Shown: piece after piece, positions 60,938 to 64,000 of the stretch
Layout: every line of letters begins with the position of its first letter
Position numbering within the stretch: the stretch's first letter is position 1
Assembly: GCA_013265495.1 (NCBI GenBank)
Contig: MU061579.1
Coordinates: 1,671,319-1,735,318 of the forward strand
Direction: 5' to 3'
DNA length: 64,000 bases
Origin: Vicugna vicugna
Lineage: Eukaryota
The notes under the pieces: model-generated
Told to the model about the DNA's origin: nothing
The model's input: only the letters and a program-made list of their open reading frames with translations
Database searches by the model: none
Position numbers and translations under genes: made by a program

Positions 60938-61628
60938 GAGTCTTTATCTCCAGTAAATAGAAAGTAAAAAGTACATACAAACAGTGTGGAGATTTCTCAC
61001 AAAACTATAAACAAAACTACCATATAACTCAGCAATTCCACTCCTGGGTATATATTCAAAAACAAAAACAAAAGTGCTAATTCAAAAGATACACACATCC
61101 CAATATTCATAGCAACGTTATTTACAATTGCCATGGTATGGAAGCAACCTAAATGTCCATCAACAAGTATTTGGATAATGAAGATGTGTTACACACACAC
61201 ACACACACACACACACAATGGAATATAACTCAGTTATAAGAAAGACCGAAATTTTGCCATTTGCAGCAGCATGGATGGACTTGGTGGACAATATGCTAAA
61301 TGAAATAAGTCAAAGACAAATACTATATGACATCACTTTTATGTGGAATCTAAAAAATAAAACAAACTGGTGAATAAAACAGAAAAGAATATATATATTT
61401 CACAGATATAGAGAATGAACTAGTGGTTACTGTTGGGGAGAGGGAAGTGGGGAGGGGCAATATAGGAGTAGGGGCTTTTAAAAAAAGACTTATCATGGTA
61501 TTATATGGACTCATGGTGTGAAACTTTTGAAAATTTTAAAACACTATAGAATTTAAAGAATCATTTAGTTACAATTAAGTTAAAAATAAAAACTAATAAT
61601 AAATTAAATTTGTTTTCTTGCAAAAAAA
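60938..61628 (+). mobile_element. 5'-truncated L1 (ORF2 end + 3' UTR) with an internal (CA)n, inserted in a MIR
   Basis: CAGCAATTCCACTCCTGGGTATATA, GGAAGCAACCTAAATGTCCATCAACA, GCAGCAGCATGGATGGAC and an A-rich tail. 12-bp TSD GATAAATTTAGT (60926-60937 / 61629-61640). Confidence 0.9.
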
Positions 61629-61640
61629 GATAAATTTAGT

Positions 61641-61830
61641 AGGTATTTAACTTTTTTTAGGCTCTGTGTTAGGTACAGTCATATGCATTAGTTAATTTAA
61701 TATCACAGAAAGCCTGTGAAGCTGGTATTGTTATTTCTGTCCCCATTTCACAATGTTTACAGGTATTAGGTGATGTTCAAAGTTCAGGCACACATTCAAA
61801 ATTTAAACTCAGATGTCTGTCAACAATCAT
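61641..61830 (-). mobile_element. MIR SINE (host of the preceding L1)
   Basis: AGGCTCTGTGTTAGG...TTTAATATCACAGAAAGCCTGTGAAGCTGGTATTGTTATT...CCCCATTTCACA. Confidence 0.65.
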
Positions 61831-63239
61831 GTCAATATTTCATCACTGTTCGCTGTGCACTGCTTTTGATAATGGGCTTTAGCTCTTCACCAGAATCATA
61901 GAAAGTACCAGAAGTTTTATGACTTCATGTAACATTCGGTGGCTATGCATGTGATCAAGCAGATGACTTACTGTCTCCTCGATTTCTGGAATTAGTTCAT
62001 CAGTCTTGGTTTTGTCTATGTGTATTGCAAGCTTCCTTAGGACAGTGGCAATTTTTGCATATTATTGACAAGGTTCAACAGTTTAATATATAATTGGTTT
62101 CTAAAATGTTGTTCTATGATATTAATGATAATTTCATATTTCATATGTTACTGAAAAGTTGCATCTAAACCTTTTATATCTGCCACTTTTAATGCAATTT
62201 TTTCTAATATTACTATGTCTACTATAACTTTTTGAAATTTCATATCTATTGGATTACATATTTTTTATAACAGTTTTCAACTCAGTGACCCTACACTGTA
62301 TGTGCACATAAAAATACATGCATCTATAATGTTATGCATCTATTTTATTAAATATATGAAAATTAAATTAGAGTGCCTTCTTAAAAATGCTTATTTTTAA
62401 AAAAATTTTTGAAAGCTTTACTAAAGTATACTAATAAAAATATACTATAATAATTCTATGTTAAGGAAGTTCATATTTTATTTTTGGCAGCAATAATTCG
62501 CTATGTATCTTTGTAGCAGTCATTTATTTTCTATACATATAAAGAAGCAATACAGCAAGAGCATGAAAAGACACAATTGAATGATTAATAGATATGTACA
62601 AAATTTTTTATGAACTTGGCTTCCTTCCTCTGTTTAACAATGCTTATGTTATTTATAAGATAATGCAAATATTCCCACATTAATTCACCACACTATCCTT
62701 TAAAATATGAGAAATTGTTAAATGGGGTGAAAAATGCACGACATTTTAAAATTAAGCTATTATGCTAAGTTTATGCAAATATGAATATTACTAGCTAAAA
62801 TAATAATTTTAAAATATTGCTTTTGAAATGTTCATTTCATTAGCATGCATATTCCTCTAAAAATCCTGCACTTAATATTGTTATTTGGAGATAATACAGT
62901 GATTTTTATATATATGCAGTAAATGCTTCATTTAAGTTGCACTTTAGCACATGAGACAAAAGGGAAAGGTTCTCAGATTTGGAGGCATTTTCAAGTAGAA
63001 ATAAAATATCCATAATATAATTTTCTTTTGTATTTGTTCAGTTTGGATGGTCAGAAAATATTGTGATTTAAATCCTGAAAATAGCAAATAGTGTGGGCTC
63101 TCTGGTTTAAATCTATTTTCAAGAAGAAATATTTTAAAGAAAAGTACTCACAGTTAATTGCAATGCAGTTGGTATAATATCATTTTACTCCCATCCCCAA
63201 ATCCTGTTCAGACAGCACAATGATATCACCATAGTGCTG

Positions 63240-63370
63240 GAGAGAGAGCTAAAATGTTATCACTGTCAGACCAGGGATTTTACCTAGTTTGTTCAATGTT
63301 GTCTGCTTAATGTCTAAAATACCGCCTGGAATACACTAAGTGCCAAATAAATGTTAGTGACTTCTAATTT
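63240..63370 (+). mobile_element. L2 3' end fragment
   Basis: TTTGTTCAATGTTGT...GCCTGGAATACACTAAGTGCCAAATAAATGTT. Confidence 0.55.
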
Positions 63371-64000
63371 ATTTGAAAAGATACACTCAAATGTATGCTT
63401 GATTAATACCACTGGATACATCTGCTTTTAAAACTGATCCTGTTGCTAAACCCTTTGAGACCATTTTTTCCCTCTGCATTCATGCATTTTGAAGCAAATA
63501 TATTGAACATTTACTTCATGAAATGCACTATTACAAGGCCTGGAAGTATAACATATTGTTACATTGACAAATATCCGAGTTTAAAATCCATTGAAAGTGC
63601 ATAGAAAACAAAAACAAAAAACCAAAAAAATGGTGATAATACATCTAGGAAGAAAAATAAATCAGAGAAAGAGAGTTCCAGGGACAGGAGGTTCCATGTA
63701 AGGATCTTTGGAAGGCTAGACAAAGTTTCACGAAAAAGGTGAGCACTGAGTAAGTACCTAAATGAAATAGATCGATCCACAGTAATATCTTAGCCAAGAG
63801 CATTCTAGACAAAGAGAAACAGAAAAATACCAAACTCTCAGGTAGAAACATGTCTAATGTGTTCAGGGATCAACCTGAAAACTCCAATGGCTGGACTAGA
63901 ATGAAAGGGTTCCGGAAATAGAAGATGACAATTGACTAAGGGTTATATCCTTAACACCAGCTACTGACTTTGGAATTTTAAAAGAATAGGCAATTTAATA

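Noticed and set aside
1..64000. Prokaryotic-type systems (CRISPR arrays, operons, defence islands) or a NUMT
   Set aside because: The sequence is mammalian nuclear repeat-rich DNA. I saw no repeat-spacer array, dense coding region or mitochondrial gene similarity.

Overview
AT-rich mammalian intergenic or intronic DNA, most likely from a camelid (two tRNA-derived Vic-1-type SINEs, artiodactyl-type L1 3' ends and a Tigger1a_Art-like element). I found no intact host protein-coding exon. Most supplied ORFs are chance frames in repeats or low-complexity DNA. The window is mainly old interspersed repeats (L2, MIR, MaLR/ERVL/ERV1 solo LTRs, hAT and Tigger MITEs) plus younger L1-mediated insertions. 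The most notable feature is a ~2 kb polyadenylated, TSD-flanked retrocopy (about 28425-30457) of a chimeric spliced mRNA: a GC-rich leader, four TRAPPC9 exon-sized blocks, seven ANKRD26-family exon-sized blocks and an unassigned 3' end. It interrupts an older L1 and implies a TRAPPC9-ANKRD26 fusion transcription unit elsewhere in the genome. Next to it lies a ~2.95 kb L1 that keeps both ends but has large internal deletions and a short internal inversion. There is also a tailless U2 snRNA retropseudogene with a 16-bp TSD and a perfect IR1 nuclear-receptor element. Repeat family names and exon-size comparisons come from my recall of consensus sequences, not from a database search.
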